A stretch of 64,000 bases of DNA. It comes from Picochlorum sp. SENEW3. Its lineage: Eukaryota. This document shows positions 44,664 through 55,588 of this stretch, in pieces; the stretch's first letter is position 1, and every line of letters begins with the position of its first letter. The stretch spans positions 620,001 through 684,000 of the forward strand of contig CP120455.1 of the NCBI GenBank assembly GCA_034226945.1, read 5' to 3'. Made by a program: the position numbers and the translations under genes. Under the pieces are notes generated by a model. The model saw only the letters and a list, made by a program, of their open reading frames with translations. It searched no databases and was not told where the DNA came from.

Positions 44664-47600
44664 ATGGTATCGAGAAGAAGACAGGAGCCAGATTCTCCAT
44701 CTGAGAGCGATGTAACGTTTTCTTCTTCTATTTTAAGTATTCCTGTGTTGCTGAATGAAGCTCAAAAGTCTCTTGGGCATGGACAAGTGCGGTATGCCAA
44801 TATGCTGTGGGACAGAGTGGAGGAGAACATTGAGGATGAGTTGCACCAATTGTGTATTTGCTTGAAATGGATTGTATCCTTGTCAGAGGTAGGCTATGAT
44901 GTCGCATCTCATGGTTGCAATGTGTCGAATGACGTTGGAGTCTTGTGTGCAGAGAAATATGTATCATGATAGGTTGGTCAAGTTCTTTGGCATCTTGTCC
45001 TCGCTTGCTGCGAATACTGATAGGCTGCAGTGTGTGGAAGTAATGATTGGGTTTCTCGTGGAATGGTCCCATGCAAAGGAGCCGATGATGCGCTGGAGAG
45101 TGTGCCAATTGATTGGAAACTTGGTGAATAATATGCCAGAGGAGGCAGATGTTGCAGAGGAGGTTTTGGATGCTGTGCAGAAGAGTATGTTGAGGCTTGT
45201 TGAGGATGGAAGGCCAAATGTTCGAACAGCGGCTGTCAAGGCTCTGCTGCGATTTCCTCAGCCAAATGATGACGGAGATTTTGTGGATTGTCCTGTTGTT
45301 GAGAGTTTGCTCAAGGTGTTGAAATCTGATAAGAGCAAGGAGGTCAGAAAGGCAGTCATCTCTGTGTTGCCGATCAGTGAGTATACTCTGGAGTTTATGG
45401 TGTTGAGAACGCGAGATGAATCTGATGATGTGAGGAAGACGACGTATATGACCTTGGCAGAAAAGACAGTGTTATCTGATGTCAACCCCTCTCTTGTTCC
45501 GGGGCTGTTGAGCAAAGGTTTACAGGATCGAGTGGAATCTGTTGTGGATGCTGCGAAAGGTCTTGTTGTATCGTGGTTTGACTCTTGTGGTGGAGAGCCG
45601 TTGACGCTGCTGAGAGAAATGAATGGTGGAGAACACGTGGAGGCAGCCGAGCTGGTCCTCATGGCCTTGTTCACCAGTGAAAGGTTGGATGCTGTTCAGG
45701 TAGCACTGCTGGCCTCGAACGAAAAGTTGGGACTTCGCACAGATTTTACAGTAGAGAGTCCAAATCTTATGTCGGCCGAGGAGGCGTTATTTTGGCGCGT
45801 TGTGTGTGTGCACTTGTCCTCTGAGGCATCCTCCCACGGCATTAGGGCTGCCACATCAGGAGGAGCTACTGCCAATGTTGAAGCTGCAACTGCTGGAGAG
45901 AGGCTTGAAGCATTTGAAGCAGTCATGCCGAGTTGTGTCGAGGACCTTGCATTCATCATTCGCCTTCACAAGGATGAGCCACAGACCTGCTGCCAGTTGT
46001 TGCTTCTTGCAGCTCAATGTGCTGATTTTGTCGATGCCAGTGGCCGACGAGCTATCGAAGACGTGATTCAAGCAATTTTGACGTCTGGAGTATACAATAA
46101 AAAGCTGTACGATGCGTGTTTTGAGGTTGTGCGTAAGATGTATACATCAGATGAATCCCTGACAGAGGCTGCCTTCCACATTCTCGAGCATGTGTTGGCC
46201 AAGAAGGATTTGATGCCACTCGACCCACAAAAAATGCATTCGTTGACATCTGAGGACCAAATTCTCTTATTGAGTATCATTTCTGGTTTTCTGTCCTCTC
46301 TCAAATGCCTGGAGATGAGTGAAAGTGTGTTGCAATGGTCTGACATCTTGCAACATGTTATTTGGTCTGCATCCACGAGCCCCGATGAGCATGTTCGAGT
46401 TATTGCATACACATGCCTTGGATTATACTTTTTGATCGAGACTGGAAAAGAAACGAGCGCTCTTATTATGAAGGACATGTTCAAGGCACTCGTCTCATGT
46501 GAAGAGCAGGCAGATGTGAATGCAGTCATGATTCAGGCATTGGGCGATGCATGCCTCTCCCGAGGTCCTAAAGCAGTACAACTCATAATCCAAGAGATGG
46601 CTCAAGCAGACAACCATGAAGAGACCCCAACAATTGTAGACCTGATGCTTCACTATGCCCAAGAATGGCTCGATGCTGACGATGCAGAGGCTCATGCTAC
46701 CATTGGCGAAGCCGTCGTCCAATGCCTCATCAAGCTGGTCTCGGTGAATGAATTAAGGCAATCATCGGACCTGCATCACGAGATGGATACCGCGCTGGAA
46801 GATGGAGACATGATCCGAATCCTTGTCAAACTGTTTGTGCTCTGCTTTGATGCATGTACAGGTGTATCACCAAAAGCAAGACAGAGCCTGCTCGTATTCT
46901 TCCAACGATATGCTACATTATCGGTCACCTCGCAGCAGTACTTGGCTACCGCAATGCTCCCCGCAGTCAGATCCGCAGCAGCCATTGATGTTGCTGCTCG
47001 GAGAAAGACAATTGCCTCTGGAGCCATTGCACCCCAGGTCATTACATTTGCCACCAAATTGCTCCAAATGCCAGTCATGGATCGTCACGGAGAACGTGAA
47101 ATGTTTGGACATGAACCATTGGCTGAAATACTCATGGGTGAAATCATAGAATGTGCCCATGCGCGGTCAGTACCAAAGCAGTATATGACTGCCATGTGCA
47201 AAGCCCCAGCAGCACTACCAATGTATGATGCGGGAGATGAGACCAGAGAGACAGTAATGAGAATTCATATATATGCCACCCATGCAGCAGATATCATATC
47301 AGATCCTGCGTGTGTCAAGGAAATGGAGAATATCCAAAAGCGCTACAAGCCCACTGTCAATGACGATGATGCTCAGCACAAGGATGACTCTCACGTGGAC
47401 ACATTGCTCAACGAACTGAGAGAGAATGTACATGCATTCTGCACTGGGTTCCCTGAACCATTCAAGAAGGAGGAAGAGGCATGTGACTCTGACATGGATG
47501 AAGACTCTTCTCCTTCTTCTTCTTCCTCCTCGGTGCAAGGCCAGCGACGCAGGCTGCCATCACGGGTGACGAGAACAACATCAAACATGAATGAAATCTC

Positions 47601-47793
47601 AGACGATGATGATGATGATGAAGAAAAGGTCAAAGAAGAAGAAGAAGAGGAAAATGTGTCCCCACACACCACTCGTGGTGGCATGAATGCCACCATGCCT
47701 GGCCAGGCTAGAAAAACGAGGAGAAGACAATCCACCGAATCAGTGACTGCCTTGGGCGATGCATTGAATACCAAGGCACGCCTCTCAACCTGA
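44664..47793 (+). CDS. NCAPG: Condensin I HEAT subunit CAP-G; intron 44889-44952
   Basis: RWRVCQ, VR.AAV.AL.R, D.S.EVR, RTRD....VR, E.ALFWR and RQSL.VFF; acidic tail. Confidence 0.85.
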
Positions 47794-47925
47794 CCATCCA
47801 TTATTATTAATAATAATACTTTTGTTGTATCAATCAAACATCGACTCGTATTGGTAGAAGATAGATAATTGCCACAGGGGGGGTGACTGTCATTTTTCAT
47901 GCGTTTGGATTGTGGATGATTGACC

Positions 47926-49291
47926 ATGTTTCTGGATACACCATTTCACATAGTTGGACTGATCCTTCTGCTGGTAGCAGCACTGATCCATCCGATTGCA
48001 GGAGCGAGTGCAGGATCAGACAACAAAAAAGTACTCGTCTTGGTGGACGATCACGCCACGACAAAGACCCACAGTACCTTTCTGGATACCATTAAGCGGA
48101 AAGGATATGACGTAACTGTATCACTGGCGACATCAGATGAGGTACAACTGCAAGATGTTGAAACATGGCTGTTTGACAAACTCGTCGTTTTAGGAGGACA
48201 ATCAAGTACGTGTTTGGAGAGATTTTTCATCCGATGCCTATAGGAATCATATCATATAGTGCATTTTCATATTGTGTGCAGAATATGGTCCTGGTATTAC
48301 AGCGAGGAAGCAGTTGGAGTTCTTTGAAGCTGGTCATGACTTGTATGTAGCAGTGACTCCATCTGCGGGATCATCTACTCGGGCGTTGCTCGGGCGATTA
48401 GGTGCTGATATCGAAGATTCTGGATCTACGGTTGTGGATCACTTCAAATATAATGCGAAAATTGATGAGGGAGGGCATACTGCAGTGTTGACATCTATAG
48501 ATGACAGTCTGTCTGGAACATTTGCGCCTTCAACAGAGCAGCATGACATCACCTGTCCTGGTAGCATTGGGTTTTCCATATCTCCTGAAGCGTATATGAC
48601 AATGGGTGTGTTGCATGGTTCCCCAACAGCCTATTCGGCTGAGAAGGATGGCACAGCTGCCGGCACTGGAAAGACTGCCTTGGGTGGATACAACCTCAAG
48701 CTTGCTGCCCTCGTGCAGGGAAGAAATAACGCTCGCGCCGCAGTTCTCGGATCTCTAGATATGCTTTCTAACTCTCTAATTACATCATCGAAAGGAAACG
48801 CTGGGTTCGCCATCGACTCGTTAAGCTGGGTGTTCCAAGAGAGACACGTCTTGCATGCATCAGCGATTAGGCATAGACTTGTGGATGGGCCATGGAACCC
48901 ACCATTATACAGGATCAAAGATGATGTCGAAGTTTTTGTTGATATTGAAGAATGCAATTCTTCTCGATGCCAGCCGTTTGATGGAAAGGATGTGCAAGTC
49001 GAGTTTGTCATGCTTGACCCATACATCAGAAAGACCCTGACACACCTTGGCAATGGAACCTTTACTGCCCAGGTCAAAGTTCCAGATGTATACGGTGTAT
49101 TCAAATGGGTCATAGACTATAAGAGACCCGGATATTCGTGGATATATGAGTCAGAAACTGTCCCAGTGAGACCATTCAGGCATTACGAGTACTCTCGATT
49201 CTTGTCTCAAGCATTCCCGTATTATGGGTCTGTCATGGCCATGGTTATCGGGTTCTTGTTCACTGGTGCCTTTTTCTTATACAGTAGATAG
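47926..49291 (+). CDS. OST48: Oligosaccharyltransferase 48-kDa subunit (WBP1/DGL1); intron 48206-48281
   Basis: Signal peptide, THS.F, QGRNNAR, QVEFVMLDPYIR, PDVYGVFK, VPVRPFRH.EY.RF and a C-terminal TM helix. Confidence 0.95.
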
Positions 49292-49506
49292 ATAGATATG
49301 TGTAAATATTCAGGTATCCACATGCCTAGAAATCGTGATTTGAATATAATCTCCTGTCAGACTCACGCGGAGGAGGCTATTTTATTTGAAATTGAACTTT
49401 ACGTATGCATCGTCACTCATATTAAAATATAAGTAAATAAACCCGCGTACATAGTCTCTATGGGCGTCGACAATTCTGTTTAAATCCAACAACAACAAGA
49501 AAGGAC

Positions 49507-51318
49507 ATGCCTTCGTTCGCGAGGGCGTTTGTGTCTGTTGCCTTTTTCCTGCAACAGTTTGTTACAAAACCCATTGGAGAATTTCTCTCGGGTTCTTTTG
49601 TCGGAGTTATTGAAGAATCTATCAAGGTACGGAGAATAATTCAATCGCCATCTTCCATCTTCCATTGTTGTTGAATAAAAACACTCTTTGTGGGAGACCT
49701 CTATGTTCATGCGTCAAATGTACTGCAGAGTTTGTTTCGGGAGGCGTTTCAGGCTGGGAGTAGAAGTTGCAATGCCGTGTTGAGTCTGATACTCTCTGGA
49801 GTGCCTAGAGAAAGCAAGACGGAGGCGACGCAGAGGAAAAAGGCATGGAAAAGTTGGCATAATTCATCATTCTCGTCATTCAACTTTTTGTATGGGTCTG
49901 ATGATGATGATGCTCGGGCTCCAAGGTCTCTGTCTTCTCGTTTCCAGTCAAACCATGGGTACATGATGTTTGGAAAGAGAGGAGCTCAGTCTCTGACTGA
50001 GGGTCAGTCGTCGAGAGGGTTGTTAGAGGATCTTAGATTTACCTTGGAGGTGTTTGTATCGCGTGTGTTTGGAGGTGTAAGGCGGTCTATTCGATGGATA
50101 TTTCGGTTGGAAGAGGAGCATCGACTGCACAGTGTCTCTCTTGCCAAGAGGAGGCTGCGGAAATGGAAGCGGCTGTACAACTTTACAGCGTCAGATGCGA
50201 TATTAAAAGCTGGATATCCGTTGGAGGAGTGTTATGTGACCACGGAAGATGGATATTTGTTGCAGATGCATCGAATACCACGGAAGAATTCGAAAAAAGT
50301 GGTGTTTTTTCAACATGGTGTGTTGGACACGAGCTTGGGCTGGGTGAGTTTGGGGACTGGTGGCTCTGTTGCTTTTGCTGCGTATGATGATGGGTTTGAT
50401 GTGTGGTTGGGGAATACACGTGCAAATCCTCCGCAGAGGAATGCGTTGAAGAAAAAGTCAGAGTATTGGAGGTGGAGTGCGAATGAGCTAGCCCTATTTG
50501 ATCTCAAAGCGCAGTTTGAATATATTAAACGTGCGAAAGAGAATGAGGAAATCGTTTCGTATTCCTTACAAGCGGTTGGCCATTCTCTTGGAGCAGCATG
50601 TCTGCTCATGTATGCTGTGCATCAGAAATCAATCGGCAAAGACCATGGTTTGGATAGGTTGGTGGTCTTGAGCCCAGCGGGATTTCATGCACGAATCCCA
50701 TTTTTGATGCGGTCGTTCAAATATTTGATGCCATTCGCGACGTATATTCTTAATCGCGTGTCATCGACTCGGGGGATTGGGTTGAGGCTGCCCTCATGGC
50801 CACTGAGATGGGTGACATTCAAACTCATGGCTGATGTCAACAGATCGCCAGTGTTCTTTGATTTGTTTTCTCTAGCATTTCGATGGATTTTTGGTGGAGA
50901 TTCGTCGGATTGGACCAAGGCAATGTCGCTTCCACACTATAATGCTCAGGCCATGCCTGCAGTGAGTTTGCATTTGGCCAATCATTTTGCCCAATGGGCA
51001 AAACGGCATGATTTTAGCTTTTACGATTATGGGTCACCACAGAAGAATATGGACGTGTATGGGCAACCAGTGCCGCCCAGTGTAGCAGGGCAATATGCCC
51101 TCTTGGCTGACCTCCCAATTGATATTGCTGGCGGAACATCAGATGGCTTGATTCCGCCAGAAAACGCAGCATACCATGAGTATTATTTACGGCAAGCTCA
51201 GGTGCCAGTGACGATGAATTTGTTCGAGTATGGTCACCTCGAGTTCATTTTCGGTGTCGGAAATGAGATTGTGACGTACATTATGAAATGTTTGAATACT
51301 AATAATACATCTTGTTGA
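49507..51318 (+). CDS. Triacylglycerol lipase (lysosomal/gastric acid lipase-like alpha/beta hydrolase); intron 49627-49728
   Basis: GYPLE...VTTEDGY.L..HRIP, QHGVLD, GFDVWLGN.R, GHSLG nucleophile and YGHLEF. Confidence 0.9.
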
Positions 51319-51474
51319 TTGATACTACATTGTTGTTGTTTTTCCTGTTCAATTCGTTTTTTCCACACGTACAAATTGACATTTAATGTAATCTTGAATT
51401 ATTGCTACTGAATCGAATACAATCGAGTACACATTGTTGTTGTTGTTGTAGTTTGGAAAACGTCGTTGAGACAC

Positions 51475-52212
51475 CTAGGACAAGGCACTGCGAACCTGCT
51501 CAGCAACTGTTTCCTGTGGCTTGTCCGCCTTGATGTGCACAACCTTTTCCCCATAAAACGATACCACTGGAGCAGTCTGCGCATGAAACTCTGCCAAGCG
51601 CCTCTTCAATGTCTCCGCATTATCATCCTTCCTTTTCACCAACGGTTCTCCTGTCAAATCATCCACCCCTGCAACTTTTGGAGGGGAAAACTTTTCATGA
51701 TAGCTTCGCCCTGATGCAGGATGCACCAACCTCCCCGTCACTCTTTCCACCAAGATGGCATCGGGAACAGTAAAGTTCAACACTTTGTCAATACTTTGTC
51801 CCCTCTGTGCCAACATGTCGTTCAACTTTTCAGCCTGGGTCACATTCCGTGGGAATCCATCAAGTACAAATCCTGTCCTGCACTCTGGTTTCTTGGTCGC
51901 CTCGGCTATCAAACCCACAACGATATCATCCGATACCAATGCACCAGCATCCATTGCTTTTTTCGCCTCCAACCCAAGTGGTGTTTTATTTGCAACAGCA
52001 GCTCGAAGCATATCCCCAGTTGCTAGGTGACACAAGCAATTATCATTCTTAATCATGGGAGATTGGGTACCCTTTCCACTCCCTGGTGGCCCGATGAGCA
52101 CCAATCTCTTTTCTGGTTTATTCAGACATTCCAAACGCCGCTGCATCTCTTTAATGAGAGCATCGGTGGGAATTTCTGATAAATCCGCAGACTGTGGGGC
52201 AGCAGCAGACAT
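51475..52212 (-). CDS. ADK: Adenylate kinase
   Basis: [37 protein letters not shown] and RKDD. Confidence 0.97.
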   Translation of the reverse strand: MSAAAPQSADLSEIPTDALIKEMQRRLECLNKPEKRLVLIGPPGSGKGTQSPMIKNDNCLCHLATGDMLRAAVANKTPLGLEAKKAMDAGALVSDDIVVGLIAEATKKPECRTGFVLDGFPRNVTQAEKLNDMLAQRGQSIDKVLNFTVPDAILVERVTGRLVHPASGRSYHEKFSPPKVAGVDDLTGEPLVKRKDDNAETLKRRLAEFHAQTAPVVSFYGEKVVHIKADKPQETVAEQVRSALS

Positions 52213-52632
52213 GTTTGGATACCAAATCAACCCTATACTATGATACCATGTATTAAAGAACAAATCGTTAAGGTTTAATGACGTACGCATCGGACCAAGG
52301 TTTGCCATCCATGAGGAGATTCTGATGCCCCAATTGTTGTTTATTTAATGTTTTATATAGGGAATGCGTCGTCACACAGATGTTCTCATATGGAATACGC
52401 ATGCGCCTGAGTCATCTACATAGCATTAAATTTATAAATTAGTATAGAATACTAGTCATCCACGCGAAGAAGCAGTCACTCGTCCGTAAAGAGTGCCCTG
52501 TACTCGTGTTGTCGTTCCATCCTACCGAGTGGGGCTGCTGGGGTATTTTCATCTCTGTTTATTCGTCGTAGAAGGATTTAAATACCAAATAATTTACATA
52601 CGTTCGAGCGGAGCTGTATACGACGGAGAACA

Positions 52633-53290
52633 ATGTCGCTCTCAAAAACTGGGAAACTCTTGCAGTATATAAACTATCGTGCGTGATTGTAATCGTATGT
52701 TCATGGAGAGACATCATGCTGATGCTGATGTGTTTTTTATTGATGATGTAGGTATGCGGGTAACGATTTACGATGGACGGCAGATTGTTGGTAGATTTAT
52801 GGCTTTTGACAAGCATATGAATTTGGTGTTGGGAGATGCAGAGGAATATAGGCAGCTTCCTCCAAAGAAGGGCGTTCCTGATGATGAGAGAGAGAAGAGG
52901 AGGGTTCTGGGGTTGATTATACTGAGAGGGGATGAAGTGATTGATATGGTGGTGGAAGGGCCACCTCCAGCGGATGAGGCACGAATCGTGAAGGCAGCTG
53001 GCGTTGTGCCGGGCCCTGGAATGGGGAGGGCTGCTGGAAGAGGTATGCCAATGATGGCGCCAGGTATGGCACCAGCTGGGCTGGCGGGTCCCGCCCCTGG
53101 TGTGGGGGCCCCAGCTCCAGGAAGTATGATGCCGCATGCTAGAGCTCCTCCTCCAGGAGCACGCCCACCTCCACCGGGTATGCCACCGCCAGGTGGAATG
53201 CCACCACCACCGGGTGGAATGCCTCCTCCGCCTGGAGGAATGCCACCGCCTCCTGGATACAGACCAAATTTCAGGCCTCCGCCGCAATAA
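52633..53290 (+). CDS. SmB: snRNP core protein SmB/B'; intron 52679-52751
   Basis: Spliced MSLSKTGKLLQYINYRMRVT..AFDKHMNLVL..LRG; Pro/Gly/Met-rich tail. Confidence 0.95.
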
Positions 53291-53350
53291 TATTTGACAA
53301 TGATATACATGACTGGTAACATTTATGTCGCACCACGGATGCATCACACT

Positions 53351-54028
53351 TTATTCGTTTTCTAATCCTTCTCTGCCTTGGTTGGTGGTGTCATCACCAT
53401 TGTTTTCCTCCTCGTCTTCCTCATCTGTGAGAGTTGCTTGAAGGATTGTACCATCAAGCTTTTTGAGATGAGGGAGACGTTTCATCATTTCTTGAGTATA
53501 CTCTGCCAAATTATTCTTCTTCTGATACCTTTTATAGAGAGGGTTACCTATGAACAACACATCCGATAGGTGGGGCAGACAACTCAACCTGTCAATTTCC
53601 TGCCAGTCTGAAATCTTGTTGTTCGACATGTACAGCACATTCAGTTTTTGGAGGCACTCAATACCCTCAAGTCGCTCAATAGCATTATAACTGATCCAAA
53701 GTTGTTCCAGGGTCCCTGCGACTGGCTGTATTCCATCCAGCTTGCGAATACCATTCCGTCCCACAGACAAGATTTTGAGGGGCATGGTATCAGACAAATT
53801 CTGGATCCTATCTATATTGTTCGTGGACAATGATAATTTTTCACACGATGTACAATCTTTGAGAATGCTATCCATCACTTGGATGGGAGGATACTGCCCG
53901 CTGAGATCAATGGCGGTGGCTGCACACTGGTCTGAGAGGTCTCCAAGGTTTGACAGTGCAGAAGCACAGTCTTGTACCTTTTTCTTCTTCGTGGCAGCGG
54001 CGCTCTTTACGCCCTTTTTCATCGTCAT
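53351..54028 (-). CDS. DNAL1: Axonemal outer-arm dynein light chain 1 (LC1, LRR)
   Basis: PPI..MD..L, LSLSTNNI, ILS.GRN, TLEQLWISYN, LYMSNNKI..W.EID, GNPLY and RLP.LKKLDG are collinear with LC1. Confidence 0.9.
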   Translation of the reverse strand: MTMKKGVKSAAATKKKKVQDCASALSNLGDLSDQCAATAIDLSGQYPPIQVMDSILKDCTSCEKLSLSTNNIDRIQNLSDTMPLKILSVGRNGIRKLDGIQPVAGTLEQLWISYNAIERLEGIECLQKLNVLYMSNNKISDWQEIDRLSCLPHLSDVLFIGNPLYKRYQKKNNLAEYTQEMMKRLPHLKKLDGTILQATLTDEEDEEENNGDDTTNQGREGLENE

Positions 54029-54228
54029 TATATTATACGCTGTTGTTTTTTTATAGTAGTCAAGATGGATCCATGTATGATACGTGTGTTTCCTCTCATG
54101 TGGCAGTGGTCAACATGGGGTGCATGTGTTGACCATCATCATGCATGTATACAGCGCACATGGCAATTCAAACAATAGGCCGTCGGCTGTATGCGGTACA
54201 TACCATTCTGCGAATTCAGAGGAGGGCG

Positions 54229-54237
54229 AAAAAAAAA
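54229..54237 (-). terminator. Pol III oligo-T terminator (T9)
   Basis: A9 run on the + strand, starting 10 nt downstream of the tRNA 5' half on the - strand. Confidence 0.75.
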
Positions 54238-54246
54238 TTTTCCGAA

Positions 54247-54345
54247 TACGAAGGGCATGCTCTAAGACCACTGAGCTACAGAAGCGTCAAGTAGAATGAT
54301 TTCTTCTTGTGCTTCTGGAGAGAATCGAACTCCCGACCCCACCCT
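54247..54345 (-). tRNA. Circularly permuted tRNA-Thr(CGU): 3' half 54345-54310, spacer 54309-54286, 5' half 54285-54247
   Basis: 3' half AGGGTGGGGTCGGGAGTTCGATTCTCTCCAGAAGCA precedes 5' half GCTTCTGTAGCTCAGTGGTCTTAGAGCATGCCCTTCGTA. Joined, they give a 7-bp acceptor stem, D, anticodon and T arms, and anticodon CGT. Confidence 0.88.
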
Positions 54346-54690
54346 GTTCCGTACCCATCCCTCAACCAGTTCACCCGGACAGGTCCAATCGCGATAGGAA
54401 AGGCCCTTGTGGGTGAGCAAGACGGGACAGCGAGCAAAAATTCGAATTTTTGACTGTACTAATTCAGGTCGAAAACGCATTTTGGCTTATACGACCTCTA
54501 GAGATGATAGAAAAGCAAAGCAAAAGGTATCATACGTGACTATAGTGCATCAATATACATGTAGGACAACATGGTGGGGTCAAAAACCAACAACGCAGTT
54601 GGTTGAGGATGGAATTTCATCATTCCACAACACACAGCACATCACCTCCTGTGTGAGAATACCATCACACACGCATGCAGCGTTACATAT

Positions 54691-55302
54691 TTATTCCTTT
54701 TTATCCGTATTTTTTGGAGGCGGATTCCCGCCACTCAACACATTGTAAAACAGAAACAAACTAATGGCCCCACTGGCCACACCAACAATCCCACTCAACC
54801 ATGGGAAGGCACCCAGCCTCCACAAACTGGTACACACATACGCCATGACACTTGAGCATACTCCCCCAGCAACTGTAAAAAGTGTACTATGTCCACCTGC
54901 TTTCCATGCCTTCAACGATAACGATGACAGAGCAATCTCAAATGCCCCAACACTCGCTGCAGTCAAGCCAAACTTGACTGCACCCTGAATAAAAACGCAA
55001 GCCAGCAGACCTACTGTGACCATAAAGGCCCCATATGGGATATTCATACAGAAATCATGAAGAACTGCATGGCGAGAACCACCCATGGTATCCGTGACTG
55101 GCGTTGAAGACGAACTAGCTGCAACCACTCTCCCTGATGCTCTTCCTAATCCGCTGATAGACCCTTTCTGGCGCTTGTTCACTACCGTATACAGCGAAGT
55201 TTTTAAAACAGATGAGCAGCGCGTACTTTGAGGAATCAGAGCAACTATGCCAGGACTCGAATCAATTCTGACAGATGCAGTGCGAAACAAACTCGCAGGC
55301 AT
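54691..55302 (-). CDS. TMEM14/FAX-family plastid fatty-acid export protein
   Basis: Transit peptide, HDFCMNIPYG, four TM helices and YNVLSGGNPPPK. Confidence 0.85.
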   Translation of the reverse strand: MPASLFRTASVRIDSSPGIVALIPQSTRCSSVLKTSLYTVVNKRQKGSISGLGRASGRVVAASSSSTPVTDTMGGSRHAVLHDFCMNIPYGAFMVTVGLLACVFIQGAVKFGLTAASVGAFEIALSSLSLKAWKAGGHSTLFTVAGGVCSSVMAYVCTSLWRLGAFPWLSGIVGVASGAISLFLFYNVLSGGNPPPKNTDKKE

Positions 55303-55588
55303 CTGAAGCAAGGTTTCAATCTATCCTCCCTAAAAATTGAGTTTTATTGCATAATGTGACGACGATATGGAAAGAGTCAAGGAACTGGATCTCAACGCGG
55401 TAGTACCCATGAGTAGTACTCAGATCTACTGTTGTGTGGGTATCTGCATCTAGATGCATTGCACTCTGTACAGACCACATGTGGTACCACCGGCGGTTGT
55501 TTTTTTTTAATTCTCGCCCAATCATCAAGTCTTTGATCAATCAATCACACAGAAATTACAAATCTTCATGTACATATGGTCATTATTA

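Noticed and set aside
6557..47793. Functional cluster of genome-maintenance genes (UvsE, TOP1, TOP3B, OGG1, CAP-G)
   Set aside because: These genes are interspersed with many unrelated ones. Apart from the OGG1-TOP3B adjacency, the pattern is compatible with chance.
52524..52537. ACCGAGTGGGGCT as RNase MRP CR-V
   Set aside because: There is no matching GAAAGTCCCC-type CR-I at a suitable distance.
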